Shown here piece after piece: positions 1-12,422 of a DNA stretch of 64,000 nt. Source of the DNA: Rhodothermales bacterium (lineage in GTDB: Bacteria; Bacteroidota; Rhodothermia; Rhodothermales; BA12); contig CAVSDF010000010.1 of the NCBI GenBank assembly GCA_963726715.1, forward strand, positions 682,212 through 746,211. Direction: 5' to 3'. The stretch's first letter is position 1. Each line of letters opens with the position of its first letter. The position numbers and the translations under genes are program-made. Under the pieces are notes generated by a model. That model made no database searches. It was not told the DNA's origin and saw only the letters and a program-made list of their open reading frames with translations.

Positions 1-1452
1 AGGTGTCCGCCATCGGTCGAGCGCATCAGCACGGGCCACCCAGAGGCTCGCCCGGAGGGCGATGACAGCCTGGTCGACGGCGAGAACCGTCTGGTCGTTG
101 AGAACGGCGATGCCGTCGCCAGTTCCGTTGGTCCCGGCGCACGCCGCCGTCGCCACGGCACGCTGCCGGTCCGGGCCGCCTGGCGAGTCGCCGGCGAGGC
201 GAACGACGGCCGTGCCCCGTGCCGTGCCCGCGATGCCCACGGCTGCTCCGGGGCGAACCCCCACGGTATCTCCGTCGACGGAGTGCCACGTCTGCCCGTC
301 GTAGCACCAGAGGCCGGTGGCGGTGGCGGCGAAGCGCCCATCGTCCGAAAGCGCCAGCACGGGCGACGTCACCAGGGAGGGCAGCACCTGCGTCCACGCC
401 GTCGTGCCCGCCGGTCGGCGGTACAGCCCTTTCGCAGGGGAGGCGACGAACACCGTCCCCGAGGCAGAGACGGCCATCGAGGCGACGGGCACCCCGTTCA
501 GCCCATCGCGCCGCCACGTGCCCTGCCCGTCCCACGAGACGACGCCACCGGACATCCCCACCAGAAAACGCCCGTCGGGGGTGGCCACGACAGCACCGGC
601 CGCCTCCTCGGCTCCGACGACGGCAGGGTCCGCCAAGGCCCACGTGGTCCCTCCATCCACCGTCGCACGCACGCCCCCGCTCCATCCCGTGACGTAGACA
701 AAGATGTTGGAAGATCGGCGGCTCAGCACCACCCCCCTCCCGTTGGGGCCGGCGGCGCTTCCGGCGAAAGAGCCTGGCACGGTGATTCCCGGCTCCCAGG
801 TCCCAGCCGACGCATTCCAGCGGGAAAGCCGGTGTTCTTCGTACCTGCTGTCCATCTGGTACCTCGAATCCGTATTGCCCCAGACGTCTCCATCAGGCCC
901 GATGAAGGCACGTCGCCCGACCACTGTGGAGCCGGGCGTACCGGAGAGACTCGGCGAGGAAAGCACCCAGTTCGATACTCCGTCGGTGGACCAAAGAAGC
1001 ACACCCCAGTAGGTATTGTCAGGCGCCTGGAGAGACGATTGCGTGGCAAACCACCCCGCTGACGGATGACGGAGGGCCAGCGATGTGCGCAGCTCTGCCT
1101 CCGAAAGCGCGGCCCACGTCCGTCCTGCATCCTTGGAGGCCACGAACGAGAACGGGACGAAGCTCGGGTCGATCCGAGCCGACGCCACGACCGTTCCGCT
1201 GCTTCCCTTTGCGAGGTAGGGGAAGGGGTAGTCCCTCGTCGGAGCCATCACGCGCACCCACGTCTCGCCGTCATCGTCCGAGCGAAACACGTTTCCGTTC
1301 TGAGACAGGAGAACGCTCCCTCCGTCCAACGTCAGCACCGAGGTGGCACTTCCCCCCAGCGGCGATTCCATCGGCTGAAGCGTGACGTACTGCGCCGAGG
1401 CCGGGAGAACGGCGGCGAGCAGCAGGACACAGGCGAGAACGAGGCGGTACAT
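1..1452 (-). CDS. secreted BNR/Asp-box repeat beta-propeller protein (C-terminus runs off the window start)
   Basis: My own translation from the ATG at 1452 stays open to position 1 (484 codons). It is absent from the ORF track because it has no stop in the window. The N-terminus MYRLVLACVLLLAAVLPASAQ looks like a signal peptide. Asp-box-like motifs (SxDxGxTW) recur: SDDDGETW, SKDAGRTW, VDGGTTW. Confidence 0.6.
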   Translation of the reverse strand, partial: MYRLVLACVLLLAAVLPASAQYVTLQPMESPLGGSATSVLTLDGGSVLLSQNGNVFRSDDDGETWVRVMAPTRDYPFPYLAKGSSGTVVASARIDPSFVPFSFVASKDAGRTWAALSEAELRTSLALRHPSAGWFATQSSLQAPDNTYWGVLLWSTDGVSNWVLSSPSLSGTPGSTVVGRRAFIGPDGDVWGNTDSRYQMDSRYEEHRLSRWNASAGTWEPGITVPGSFAGSAAGPNGRGVVLSRRSSNIFVYVTGWSGGVRATVDGGTTWALADPAVVGAEEAAGAVVATPDGRFLVGMSGGVVSWDGQGTWRRDGLNGVPVASMAVSASGTVFVASPAKGLYRRPAGTTAWTQVLPSLVTSPVLALSDDGRFAATATGLWCYDGQTWHSVDGDTVGVRPGAAVGIAGTARGTAVVRLAGDSPGGPDRQRAVATAACAGTNGTGDGIAVLNDQTVLAVDQAVIALRASLWVARADALDRWRTP

Positions 1453-1537
1453 GGCATCGGGGGAAAGTCATGCGCACGTTACGACGAGCAGCCGCCACGA
1501 TCAAGCCCGGCAGGTGCCGAAACGGCGCGTCGCCTCG

Positions 1538-2822
1538 TCACCGCCCGACGAACAGCGCCCCTTCGATGGTCAGGCCGGGGCCGAAGGCCATCGCGATGCC
1601 GGCGGTTTCGCCCGGCTGCGCCCGCTTCGACAGCCGCGCGGTGGCGGTCGAGGACGCGCTGGAGGACGAAGAGGATCGTCGGCGAGGACATGTTGCCGTA
1701 GTCGCGGAGGACGGCGAGGCTGTCGTCGGTGGCGCCGTCGGGGAGGGCGAGGGCGGCGGCGGCGTGCTCGACGATGGCGCGGCCGCCGGGGTGGATCGCC
1801 CAGAACGTCAGGTCGCCGGGCGTGAGGCCACCGGCGGCGGTGAGGTCGCGGACGTACGTCGGCGCGTGGCGGGCGACGACGCGAGGCACGCGCGACGAGA
1901 GCGTCATGGCGAACCCGGTGTCGCCGATGTCCCACGTCATGTCGCCGAGCGAGTCGTCGTCGAGGAGGGCGTGCGTGGCGGTCAGTTCGAGCGTGCCCGG
2001 TGCGGCGCGGCCCGAGACGACGGCGGCGGCGCATCCGTCGGCGAAGAGGCTGTTGACGACGGCCTCCTCCAGCGTCCCCTCGCTCTGGAAGTGGAGCGTG
2101 CAGAGTTCGGCGCAGACGACGAGCACGACCGCGCCCGGATCCCCATGCACAAACCCCTCGGCGACGCGGAGGCCGTTGAAGGCGGCGTAGCAGCCCATGA
2201 AGCCGACGAGCGTGCGCTTGGTCGTCGGCGGCAGGCCGAGCGCGCGCACGAGCAGGATGTCGGGGCCGGGGGTGAAGAAGCCGGTGCAGGAGACGAAGAC
2301 GACGTGCGTCACCTCGCCCGGCGCGCGTCCGGCGGCGGCGAGGGCGCCCTCGGCGGCGGAGACGGCGAGCGGGACGACGGCCTCGCGGTAGCGGGCGTTG
2401 CGCGCGGCGGTCGTCGGCGCGGGCTGGAGCGACCAGTCGGGCGGGAAGAAGGTGAACTTCGAGGCGTCGTCGTGCGCGTAGTCGGCGACGACGCTGTGGC
2501 GGCGGTCGATGGACGAGCGGTCGTAGAGCGCCGGGATGCGGCTCCGGAGCGCCTCGGGAAGCGTCGTCACGCGCTGCATGAACGCCGCCGCCTCGGCCTG
2601 CGGGCGGACGTGCTCGGGAACGGCGGTGGCGATGGCTTCGAGGACGACGGGCACGGGCAGGGCGCAGAGCGCGGAGAGGCAGGCCGTTGCGAACAGCCCG
2701 CGCGCCCGGCCGGTTGCCCCGCCAACCGGCCGGGCGTTGTCACGATCTCCCGGACGACAGACAACGGACGGCCCCCATCCACGGCGGTTGCCGGATCCGG
2801 AATCGGCGATCCGGTTGTGCAT
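1538..2822 (-). pseudogene. type III polyketide synthase (chalcone/stilbene synthase family), frame-disrupted near the C-terminus
   Basis: ORF 1479..2822 carries a KS-like core: FVSCTGFFTPGPD with the active-site Cys context, then GCYAAFNGLR, FADGCAA, IHPGG and YGNMSSPTILFVL. The expected C-terminus GETAGIAMAFGPGLTIEGALFVGR* is in another frame and stops at 1538. The frame switch lies at about 1640-1655. Length 1285 nt is 1 mod 3. The start is uncertain: GTG at 2654 is possible instead of 2822. Confidence 0.8.
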
Positions 2823-3148
2823 TCGAACGGCGGGTCGGCGCCCGCGATCGCGCGGACGACGGCGTGCCTATCGGGATCTTGTGGGCCGTCGTGATGAGCG
2901 CGGACGCGCCGCAGGCGAGCGGCGAGTTGACGGCGCGGCCCCCGCGAAAGCGGGGACCCGGTGTGCAGAACGCGCGTCGCTAGCGGACATCGTCGCGCCA
3001 CCACCGGACGCCGCCGCCGTGCGCATCCCACGCCCATCGCACCCCGTGACGCCACGCCGTCACCCGCGCGGTCGTAGGCTTTGGCTCGACCGATGCCGGA
3101 CCGTAGGCACCTGCGCCGCGTTGCCCCGTCCGAACCTTCCTGCCCGCC

Positions 3149-5131
<1,983 letters not shown>

Positions 5132-5253
5132 GGGGCGCGGGTGGCTGCGCCGCACCGCCCCCCTCCCCTCCGTCCCTTCGGGACACCTCCCCCGCGGGGT
5201 CGCGGGGGAGGACCGCCGCGGAGGCCGTGCAGCGCGGAGCGGCAGGAGGGGGC

Positions 5254-5994
5254 TCACCCCCGCCGCACCGTCCACACGCGCGGGACGATGCGGGCGTCGG
5301 CGACGGCGGCGGCGAGGGCGTCGTTGCTCTCGAACGTCAACGCGGGCAGGTGGTAGGCTTCCGCCGAGACGTCGAACGAGGCCACGTCGTACGGCCACGG
5401 CTCGACACAGATCGACTCGTCGGCGCGGCGGAAGGCGAAGTAGCGGACGCCGCCGACGGTCTCGATCTCGATGCGGCGGTCGGCCATCAGGTCGAGGCGG
5501 CGCAGGCAGAGCGTGAGCGAGAGCGTATCAGCGAAGCGCAGGTACTCGTAGTGGGCCTTGACGTCCTGGGCGGACACGTCCAGCACGCGGCGGTATTTGG
5601 CGGCCTCGGCGGTCTGGCGGCGCAGCATCGCCTGCGTGTCGGCATCCTCAGAGGCGGCGTAGAGGGTGCGGAAGTGCTCGATGAGGAGCAGGCCCGCGAA
5701 CAGGCTCGCGTGGCGGACGCGCCCGAGGGCCATCTCGGACTGGCGGACGATGTCGGCGTCGGTCGTCTCCTCGAAGTGGCGCGGCGTGCCGAGAGCGGTG
5801 AGGTGGTCGCCCGGCTCCCACTCCTGCCAGCCGTTGTCGTGCTGCGCGGCGGCGTAGAGCACCTCGCCCCATCGGCCGGGGCTGCCTCCGGGTCGGTCGG
5901 GGGCGCGCCAGTGGCGCAGCAGCTCCATCGCCACGACACCGTGGGCGTTCTGGTAGACGAGTTCCCAGCCGTCTTCGCGGCGGTTGCAGATCAT
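5254..5994 (-). CDS. conserved hypothetical protein (possibly DUF3891-like)
   Basis: Intact ORF with coding-like composition. It converges on recQ. I prefer the ATG at 5994 (MICNRREDGWELVYQNAHG...); the ORF track's upstream start is at 6048. The family assignment is from memory only. Confidence 0.45.
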   Translation of the reverse strand: MICNRREDGWELVYQNAHGVVAMELLRHWRAPDRPGGSPGRWGEVLYAAAQHDNGWQEWEPGDHLTALGTPRHFEETTDADIVRQSEMALGRVRHASLFAGLLLIEHFRTLYAASEDADTQAMLRRQTAEAAKYRRVLDVSAQDVKAHYEYLRFADTLSLTLCLRRLDLMADRRIEIETVGGVRYFAFRRADESICVEPWPYDVASFDVSAEAYHLPALTFESNDALAAAVADARIVPRVWTVRRG

Positions 5995-6099
5995 CGGGGG
6001 CGTGGGGGTGGATCGGGGAGGAAACGTCAGCTCCGTACGCCGGAGCATGCCCCTGTGTCTCCCCCCACGGCGCCACCCGAACGCATCGTCCGCGCGCCG

Positions 6100-8122
6100 T
6101 CACCGCGGCGTTCGGAGGCGCGAGACGCCCTCCGCGTCGGGCGGGGCGGGGAGGCCGAGCCACGCGGCGACGGTCGGGGCGGCGTCGGTGATGCGGACCT
6201 GGCCGAGGGACGACGGCAGGCGCGGCGACGCCGGGGCGTCGAGGCAGAAGGCGGTCTGCATGTCGGGGGCCGTCGAGAGGTAGCCGTGGCCGGCGCCCGC
6301 GCGCGTCGAGGCGAGAGCCGCCGGGGCGGCCGTCGCGCGCGACCACGAGTAGCCCGCCGCGGTCTCGAAGTACACGTCGCCGCCCGCCGGACCGCCCGCG
6401 CCGAGGCTGTCCACCTCCGCCGATGCCCACGCGCCGGTGAGCGCCGCCTGCCCGTCGGGGCCGCGGACGGCGAGGAGGGCCGCCTTGACACGCGCCACGA
6501 CGGCGGCGCGCTCGGCCGGGGCCACGGTGCCGCCCGCGTGGTCGGTCGTGTTGACGACGACGAAGTAGCCGTTCGGCGAGTACGCCTGCGTCCGCGCGAG
6601 GTCGGGCGCGCCGGAGGGCGTGAGCGCGAGCAGGCCCGCCGCGGCGAGGGCGGCGTTCGGACGAAACTCGCGCCACGTCGGCCGCATCCCGTGATCGCCC
6701 GAGACCACGAGGAGCGTGCCGGGCGACTCGCGGGCGAGGCGGCGCAGGAGGGCCAGTTTGCGGTCGGCGAGGCCCCAGACGCGGGCGCGGATGTCGTTCA
6801 GGCGCGGCGCGAGGGCCGCGTCGTAGAGCGGCGATTCGGGGCGCTGCGTGCCGTAGTAGGCGTGATCGACCTCGTCGCCGAGGGCGAAATAGTCGAGCAT
6901 CAGGTCCGGTGCTTGCCGCCACGCCCACTCGCTGCCCTGCATCGAGGTCATCGCGGCGAGTTCGGCGGTTTCGGCGTAGCGGTACTCGGCCTCGCCATCT
7001 CCGCCATCGACCATCGCCGCGACCAAACCCGCGCTGGATGACGTAGCCAGCACCGTTGCCGCGCCACCCGGGCACCGCCGCGGCGTAGTCGTCGGCGACA
7101 TCGGCGCGGTTGGCCTCGACGACCTGCATCGCGACGGCGTAGAGGTTCAGGCGCGATGCGTCGGGCGCGATCTCGAACAGGCGGATGCGGAGCGTCACCC
7201 GGCTGCCGTCGGCGAGGCGGTGCGCGAGCGGGGCGGAGAAGTAGCGCGCGAGCGGACGGTCGGCGCCACCGTCCGCGACCGGACGGCCAGCGACAGGGAC
7301 CATGAGCGGCGCGCGGTCGGCGGCGTGGACATCGGCGCAGGTGGCTCCGGCGAGATCGCGCGAGAATCCGGCGCAGGCACGCGTGTAGGCGCCGCCCTCG
7401 CCGGTGAGGAGCGTGAAGACCGAGTCCTCGCCCGCCGCCCACGCCACCTCGCGCGGCGCCGGTGCCGACGCGGGCAGGCGGTCGAGGCCGCGCCACCGGG
7501 TCGCCGGGCGGACGCCGTCGCGCTCGGTGACGACGCGCTCGGGCGCAGCGGTGCGGTTGTAGCCGTTGACAATCCGCGCGTTCGGGCGCGCGAGCACCTC
7601 GGCAGCCTCGGCGCGGCGCGCGGCGCTGCGGGCGCTGTCGGCGCGCATCGCCGGCGGGTAGCCGGGCACGCCGGGCGCCTGCGTCACGTGGTGCCCGACG
7701 ACGACGCGGCCCGCGCGGGCGGCGGTGATCCAGATCGGCTCGGCGCTCAGGGCGTCGGACGAGTAGCCGGAGAGGGTCTCCGTGATGGCGTTCGCGTCGC
7801 GCGGCAGGTCCAGCACCTCGTTGGCCGAGACGCCGGAGACGTGGCCATAGGCGCCGGTCCAGAGCGCCGCGTGGCCGGGCGCGGTGACGGACGGGAAGTT
7901 GGGCCGGGCGCCGGGCATGGCGCAGACGGCCTCGCGGGCGAGCGCGCGGAACGTCGGGATGGCGCCGTCGGGGAGGGACTCGGTGAGCCGGTCGAGGTTG
8001 ATCGAGTCGAACGAGACGAGGATCGCGCGCGGACGCGGCGCGGGGACGGCGGCGGGTCGCGTGGCGGCGCAGCCGGTGAGGGCGAGCGCGGCGGCGAGGG
8101 GGGCGAAGGCGAGGAGGCGCAT
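6100..8122 (-). pseudogene. nucleotide pyrophosphatase/phosphodiesterase (alkaline phosphatase superfamily) lipoprotein, frame-disrupted
   Basis: The N-terminal half is in the frame of ORF 5648..8392: MRLLAFAPLAAALALTGC lipobox, then PNFPSVTAPGHAALWTGAYGHVSGV. The C-terminal half is ORF 6100..7101 (LLVVSGDHGM...). The switch is at about 7040-7100. Length 2023 nt is 1 mod 3. Confidence 0.75.
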
Positions 8123-8233
8123 CGGCAGAGGGATCGGACCGCCGCAAGATCGTCGATTCGCGCGCCCGGTCGGCACAGGTTGTTGAACGGTGACGCGGAG
8201 GCAACCGGGGATTCGGCGGAGGCCAGGCGTCCG

Positions 8234-8262
8234 GTGGAGGCGGGTCGGAGACCCGCCCCTAC
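8234..8262. repeat. GC-rich palindromic REP-like element (GGCGGGTC-N3-GACCCGCC-CCTAC)
   Basis: An inverted repeat read directly in the intergenic region between the phosphodiesterase and the TPR-like gene. It belongs to the same family as 13711, 15891 and 37262. Confidence 0.7.
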
Positions 8263-8424
8263 GTCGCCCCGCCACCGCACATCCCCCAACGCTCCCCGTG
8301 ACTGCCCGGATGGACGCGCTCCGCCGCCCAGACCCGCCGCCACAACCAACCATCAACAACCAACCCCATCCCCCATCCTCTCCCCGCGGCACGCGACGCC
8401 CCGCCCCGCGTACGTTCGTCCTGT

Positions 8425-10327
8425 ATGCCCTCTCCGCCCCCGATGCGCCGTTCCGTTCTGCCCGCGCTCGCGGCCCTGCTCCTGATCGCCGCCGCGGCCA
8501 CTCCCGCCAACGCCCAGCCGCCCGACCCGTCGCGGCGCCTGCCGCTCCCCGAGGCCGCCGACACGACCGACGCCGCGCGCTTCCGCGCCGCCGACGCCGC
8601 CCTCCGCGCCGGACAGGTCGAGGAGGCCACCGTCGTCTTGCAGGCGCTCTACCTGAGCCGCCCCGACGTGCCCGCCTACCGGATCAAGCTCGTCGAGGCG
8701 TACCGGCAGGGGGGGCGCTACGGGAGCGGCGTCAGCGTCCTCACCCGCCACCTCGCCGCGACGCCGGGCGACGCCGCCGCTGCCGCCGAACGCGCTGCGC
8801 TCCGGCTCCTCGATGGCGACTCGACCGCGGCGATGGCAGAGTGGACGCAGATCGCGGGCGACGGGCGCGACGCCGTCCGCCTGCGCCTCGTCGTCGATGC
8901 GATGGACGGCGCCGGACGCCCGGACGACGCCCTCGCGCTCCTCGACCGCGTCCGCGCCGGGGATGCCCTCGGCGACGTGCGCCCGCGCCTGCTCGTCGCC
9001 GCCGGGCGCATCGACGAGGCCGCCGACGCCTACCTCGGCCTCGTCGCCGACGACCCGCGGCAGGCGACGCTCGCGCGCGACCGCCTCGCCCCGCTCGTGG
9101 ACGTCGAGGGCGCCCTTCCCGGCCTCGTCGCCGCCGCCGCGCGCCGCGCCCGACGCCACCCGACGAACCGTCCGCTGCGCGAGATCTACGCGTGGCTGGC
9201 CCTCGAAAACGGCGACGCCGCCCGCGCGCTCGACGAGGCCCGCGCCGTCGACCGCTTCGACCGGCAGGAGGGGCGCGTGCTCCTCACCTTCGCCCGCACC
9301 GCCACCGACGCCGGGGCCTACGCGAGCGCCGAAGGCGCCTACGACGACGTCCTCCGCCGCTACGCCGACGCCCCGACCGCCGCCGACGCGCGCCTCGGCC
9401 TCGGCCTCCTCCACGAGCGCTGGGCCGACGCCGCGCGCGAGCGCACCTTCTCCGACTCGACCCACGGCGCCCGCGCCCTCGCCGCCCTGCGCGGATTCGT
9501 GGCGAGCGCCCCCGGCCACCCCGACGTGCCCGACGCCCGCGCCCGCATCGGGCGGATCCTCCTCGACATCGCCGGGCAGCCGACGCGGCGCCGTCGCCGC
9601 CCTCGACAGCGTCCTCGCCGAGCACCCCCGCACCGCCGCCGCCGACGCCGCGGCCCTCACGCGCGGGCGCGCCCTCGTGGCGAGTGGCGACCTCGACGCC
9701 GCCACGCGCGCCTTCGCGGGCATCGACGAGACGCTTCGCACCGGCGACATCGCCGACCGCGCGCGCTACGAACTCGCCCTCCTCGACCTCTACCGCGGCA
9801 ACCTCGACGCCGCCACCGACCGCGCCGACGTGCTCGCCGAAGACGCCTCCGCCGACGTGGCGAACGACGCCATCGAACTCAAACTCCTGCTCGTCGAGAA
9901 CCGCCGCGACTCGCTCGACGTCGGCCTCGCCCGCTACACCCGCGCCGCGCTCCTCGTGCGACAGCAGCGGCTGGGCGAGGCGCTCGACTCGCTCGGCGTG
10001 CTCATCAACGACCTCGCCGCGCGCAGCGCGCCGCTTCTCGACGACGCCCGGATGCTCCGCGCCGACGCCCTCCGCGAGGCCGGACGCGCCGCCGAGGCCG
10101 CCGACGCCCTCCGCGAGGTCGCCGAGAAACACCCCGACAGCTACGTCGCCGACCGCGCGCTCTCCGACCTCGCCGACGTCGAAGCCTACGCCCTCAACCG
10201 TCCGCTCGACGGCGCCGCGACGCTCGACCGCCTCGCCGGCCGCTACCCCGGCTCGCTCCTGATCCCCGACGCCCGCCGCCGCCAGCGCCAGTGGCGCCCG
10301 GTGCCGGTGGAGGCGCCTGTGAACTGA
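8425..10327 (+). pseudogene. secreted Ala-rich helical-repeat (TPR-like) protein, frame-disrupted
   Basis: The N-terminal part is ORF 8425.. (signal MRRSVLPALAALLLIAAAATPANA). The C-terminal part is in the frame of ORF 8813..10327 (...AVAALDSVLAEHPRTAAADAAALTRGRALVASGDLDAATRAF...). The junction is at about 9583 (cag ccg a cgc ggc). Length 1903 nt is 1 mod 3. Confidence 0.6.
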
Positions 10328-10347
10328 CGGCCCGAACCTGTTGCCGT

Positions 10348-11224
10348 TTACGAATCGCCCTTGTAGGGATGGGAGAGCGACACCGCTACACGGAGAGGCG
10401 AACGGAGACCGATGCCGCGGTAGGGTGGCGGAACGGGTGGGTACCGAAGGAGCATCAGGCTGTCTCGCAGCCGGTCGAACGTAGAGGCAGCGATCATCGG
10501 GCGTGATGGCAGTTCTCGAAACTGGTCGTCCCGCTCCTCGATGTAGCCCATCGAAATGCACTTGCGTAACGCGCCCATCATCGTCTACGGAGATTTCAGA
10601 GCCGAGCCAGTAGAGACGGCCTCCAAGCCCGTCCGCCGTCAGGATGTCAAACGAACAGGCGTAATCGTCGCCCGAATAACCGTCTCCCCGACAGGCGGAG
10701 CCCCATCGCCCGGACGGCCGCCCTGGTGTTGGCACGGCAAGGCTTCGCAGGCCCATTCCCTCGTCCCACGTGTTCAGTACGAGATCCCGGCTGGCGCCGA
10801 GGCGGCGAAGCGTGACCTCGAAATAGCCCCGGATGTACCCCGTCTCCTCGGCCCAATTAGCGCTTCGAATCTCGAAGTGAACAGCCTTTCCCGTTCGGTG
10901 ACGGAGCAGCGCGAGCGCCGGGTCGAACACAGGCATATAGGGATGGTACACCAACGGCATCGAGTGACTGCTAGGGGTCTCCCCGTAGAGGATCCGAGGG
11001 ATGGAGTCTCGCTCGGCAGCAGCACGTCCCTCCAACCGTCCGCGGCGAAACTCCTCGCTGTTGATGCCTGTCGGCCACCCGGTGATCTCCAGGCCCCTTG
11101 GCCGGAGTTCGAAGTATCGGCTATCGCTCAACCGCTTTTCTTCCCTTGCGTGGCGAAGGGTCTGCTCCCCGATTGAACCCACCACGAGGGCGATCAGCAG
11201 CAGCGGGGCGAGGAGACGGCGCAT
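10348..11224 (-). pseudogene. hypothetical signal-anchored protein in a lower-GC islet, frame-disrupted
   Basis: Starts MRRLLAPLLLIALVVGS (ATG at 11224, frame of ORF 9284..11692). The C-terminal 70 aa are in ORF 10348..10581 (..YIEERDDQFRELPSRPMIAASTFDRLRD..). The junction is at about 10545-10552. Length 877 nt is 1 mod 3. I recognise no family. Confidence 0.45.
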
Positions 11225-11403
11225 GGATCGGCGGGGGACGCACAGACGATACGACGCAGGCAGCGATGGACGCGAGTGAGGCAGTCCGTCCCTGAATCTG
11301 TCGAACGGCGAGCGCGGGCGCACCGGCCCCGCCGGGGCATTTCTGCGTCCGCGTGTTACTTCACAGACGCGGCGTGCGGCATTCCGGGAAATCCCCGCTC
11401 CCG

Positions 11404-11850
11404 ATGCGCCGCCCTGCCCTGCTCCTCGCTCCTCGCCGCGCCCCTGCTCGGCGGCTGCACGCTCACCTTCGGCCTCACCGGCGCGACCATCGACAACGTG
11501 TCGGCGAGGAGGCCGACGGTGGCGTACACGCTCGACGAGCCGCCGCCGCTCGACACGCCGGTCGAGAGTCGTGACGCGCGACGGGCGCGACTCGTACGGG
11601 CGGTGGGCGCGGGATGGAGGGCGCGGGCGCCGGATCGACTCGGAGCGTGGTCGTGCTCCAGCAGCCGCGGCGGCGGCCGCACCGAGCTTCACGAGGACCA
11701 GGTCGTGCGGATCCGCAGCCGCCCTCGCGCACGCACGCTTTCGGGCCGATGCTCCTCGCCGGCCTCGTCATCGACGGCCTCATCGTGCAAGCGGGTCTAT
11801 CCACGGGATCACACGTGCTGCGCTTGGGGGCTGCGGTGGTGGGTTACTGA
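11404..11850 (+). pseudogene. small putative lipoprotein with C-terminal TM helix (paralogue A), multiply frame-disrupted
   Basis: ATG plus MRRPALLL and the C-terminal FGPMLLAGLVIDGLIVQAGL...GY* share one frame. The lipobox and body (LLAAPLLGGCTLTFGLTGATIDNVSARRPTVAYTLDEPPPLDTPV) are in another frame. It is similar to paralogue B. Confidence 0.35.
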
Positions 11851-11891
11851 CGCCACCGGCACTCCCATCCACACGCCCGTCTCTCTGCCCG

Positions 11892-12296
11892 ATGCCCCGG
11901 CCCCGCCTTCCCTCACTCGTCCTCGTCCTCGTTTTCGGCGATGGTGCTCAGCGGCTGCACGTTCGTCTTCCCGATGCTGACCTCATCGGGCAACGCCTCG
12001 CAGGCGCGCATCGCCGATGCGCAACGCTACACGCTCGCCAGCACGCCACCCGACCGCGCGCCGGTGCTCGTCATCCTCGACGACGGCTCCGACGTGGCCG
12101 GCCTCTGGCGTGGCACCGGTCCGGACGGACGGCTCCAGATCGGGACGCCCGACAGCCTGCGCGCCGTCGATCCGGCGCGCGTCGTGCAGATTCGCGGCGC
12201 GGCGGGGAGAGGCAGCAGTGTACTGCGCCGCTTTCGCGGCAGGCCTCCTCGCCGACGCGATCATCATTGCTGACCCTCGTCCGGCCCGGCGGCTGA
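11892..12296 (+). pseudogene. small putative lipoprotein with C-terminal TM helix (paralogue B), multiply frame-disrupted
   Basis: MPRPRLPSLVLVLVFG is in one frame. An extra nucleotide follows, then MVLSGCTFVF..YTLASTPPDRAPVLVILDDGSDVAGLWRGTGPDGRLQIG..VVQIRG (ORF 11941..12273). A TM-like segment AAVYCAAFAAGLLADAIIIA is in a third frame. Confidence 0.4.
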
Positions 12297-12422
12297 GCCC
12301 CGGGTGCCGCCGGGGCACGATCCGTTCGCGCGCGGCGTTTCTCCAGCGTCGTCTTCCCCGCCCCCGATGCGCCGTTTCCTCGCCGTCCTCGCCGCTGTTC
12401 TCGCCGTCGCCCTCACGCGCTC

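Noticed and set aside
5648-8392. Very long ORFs in the track. Examples: 5648..8392 (914 aa), 9284..11692 (802 aa), 28600..31335 (911 aa), 31104..35180 (1358 aa), 22414..26073 antisense (1219 aa), 45958..48510 (850 aa), 28777..33060 beyond 31125, and 45763..49692 beyond 48246.
   Set aside because: Their translations are Arg/Ala/Gly/Pro-rich low-complexity strings, typical of wrong-frame or antisense reading of very GC-rich DNA. They overlap genes with clear motifs. Only the recognisable sub-segments were used.
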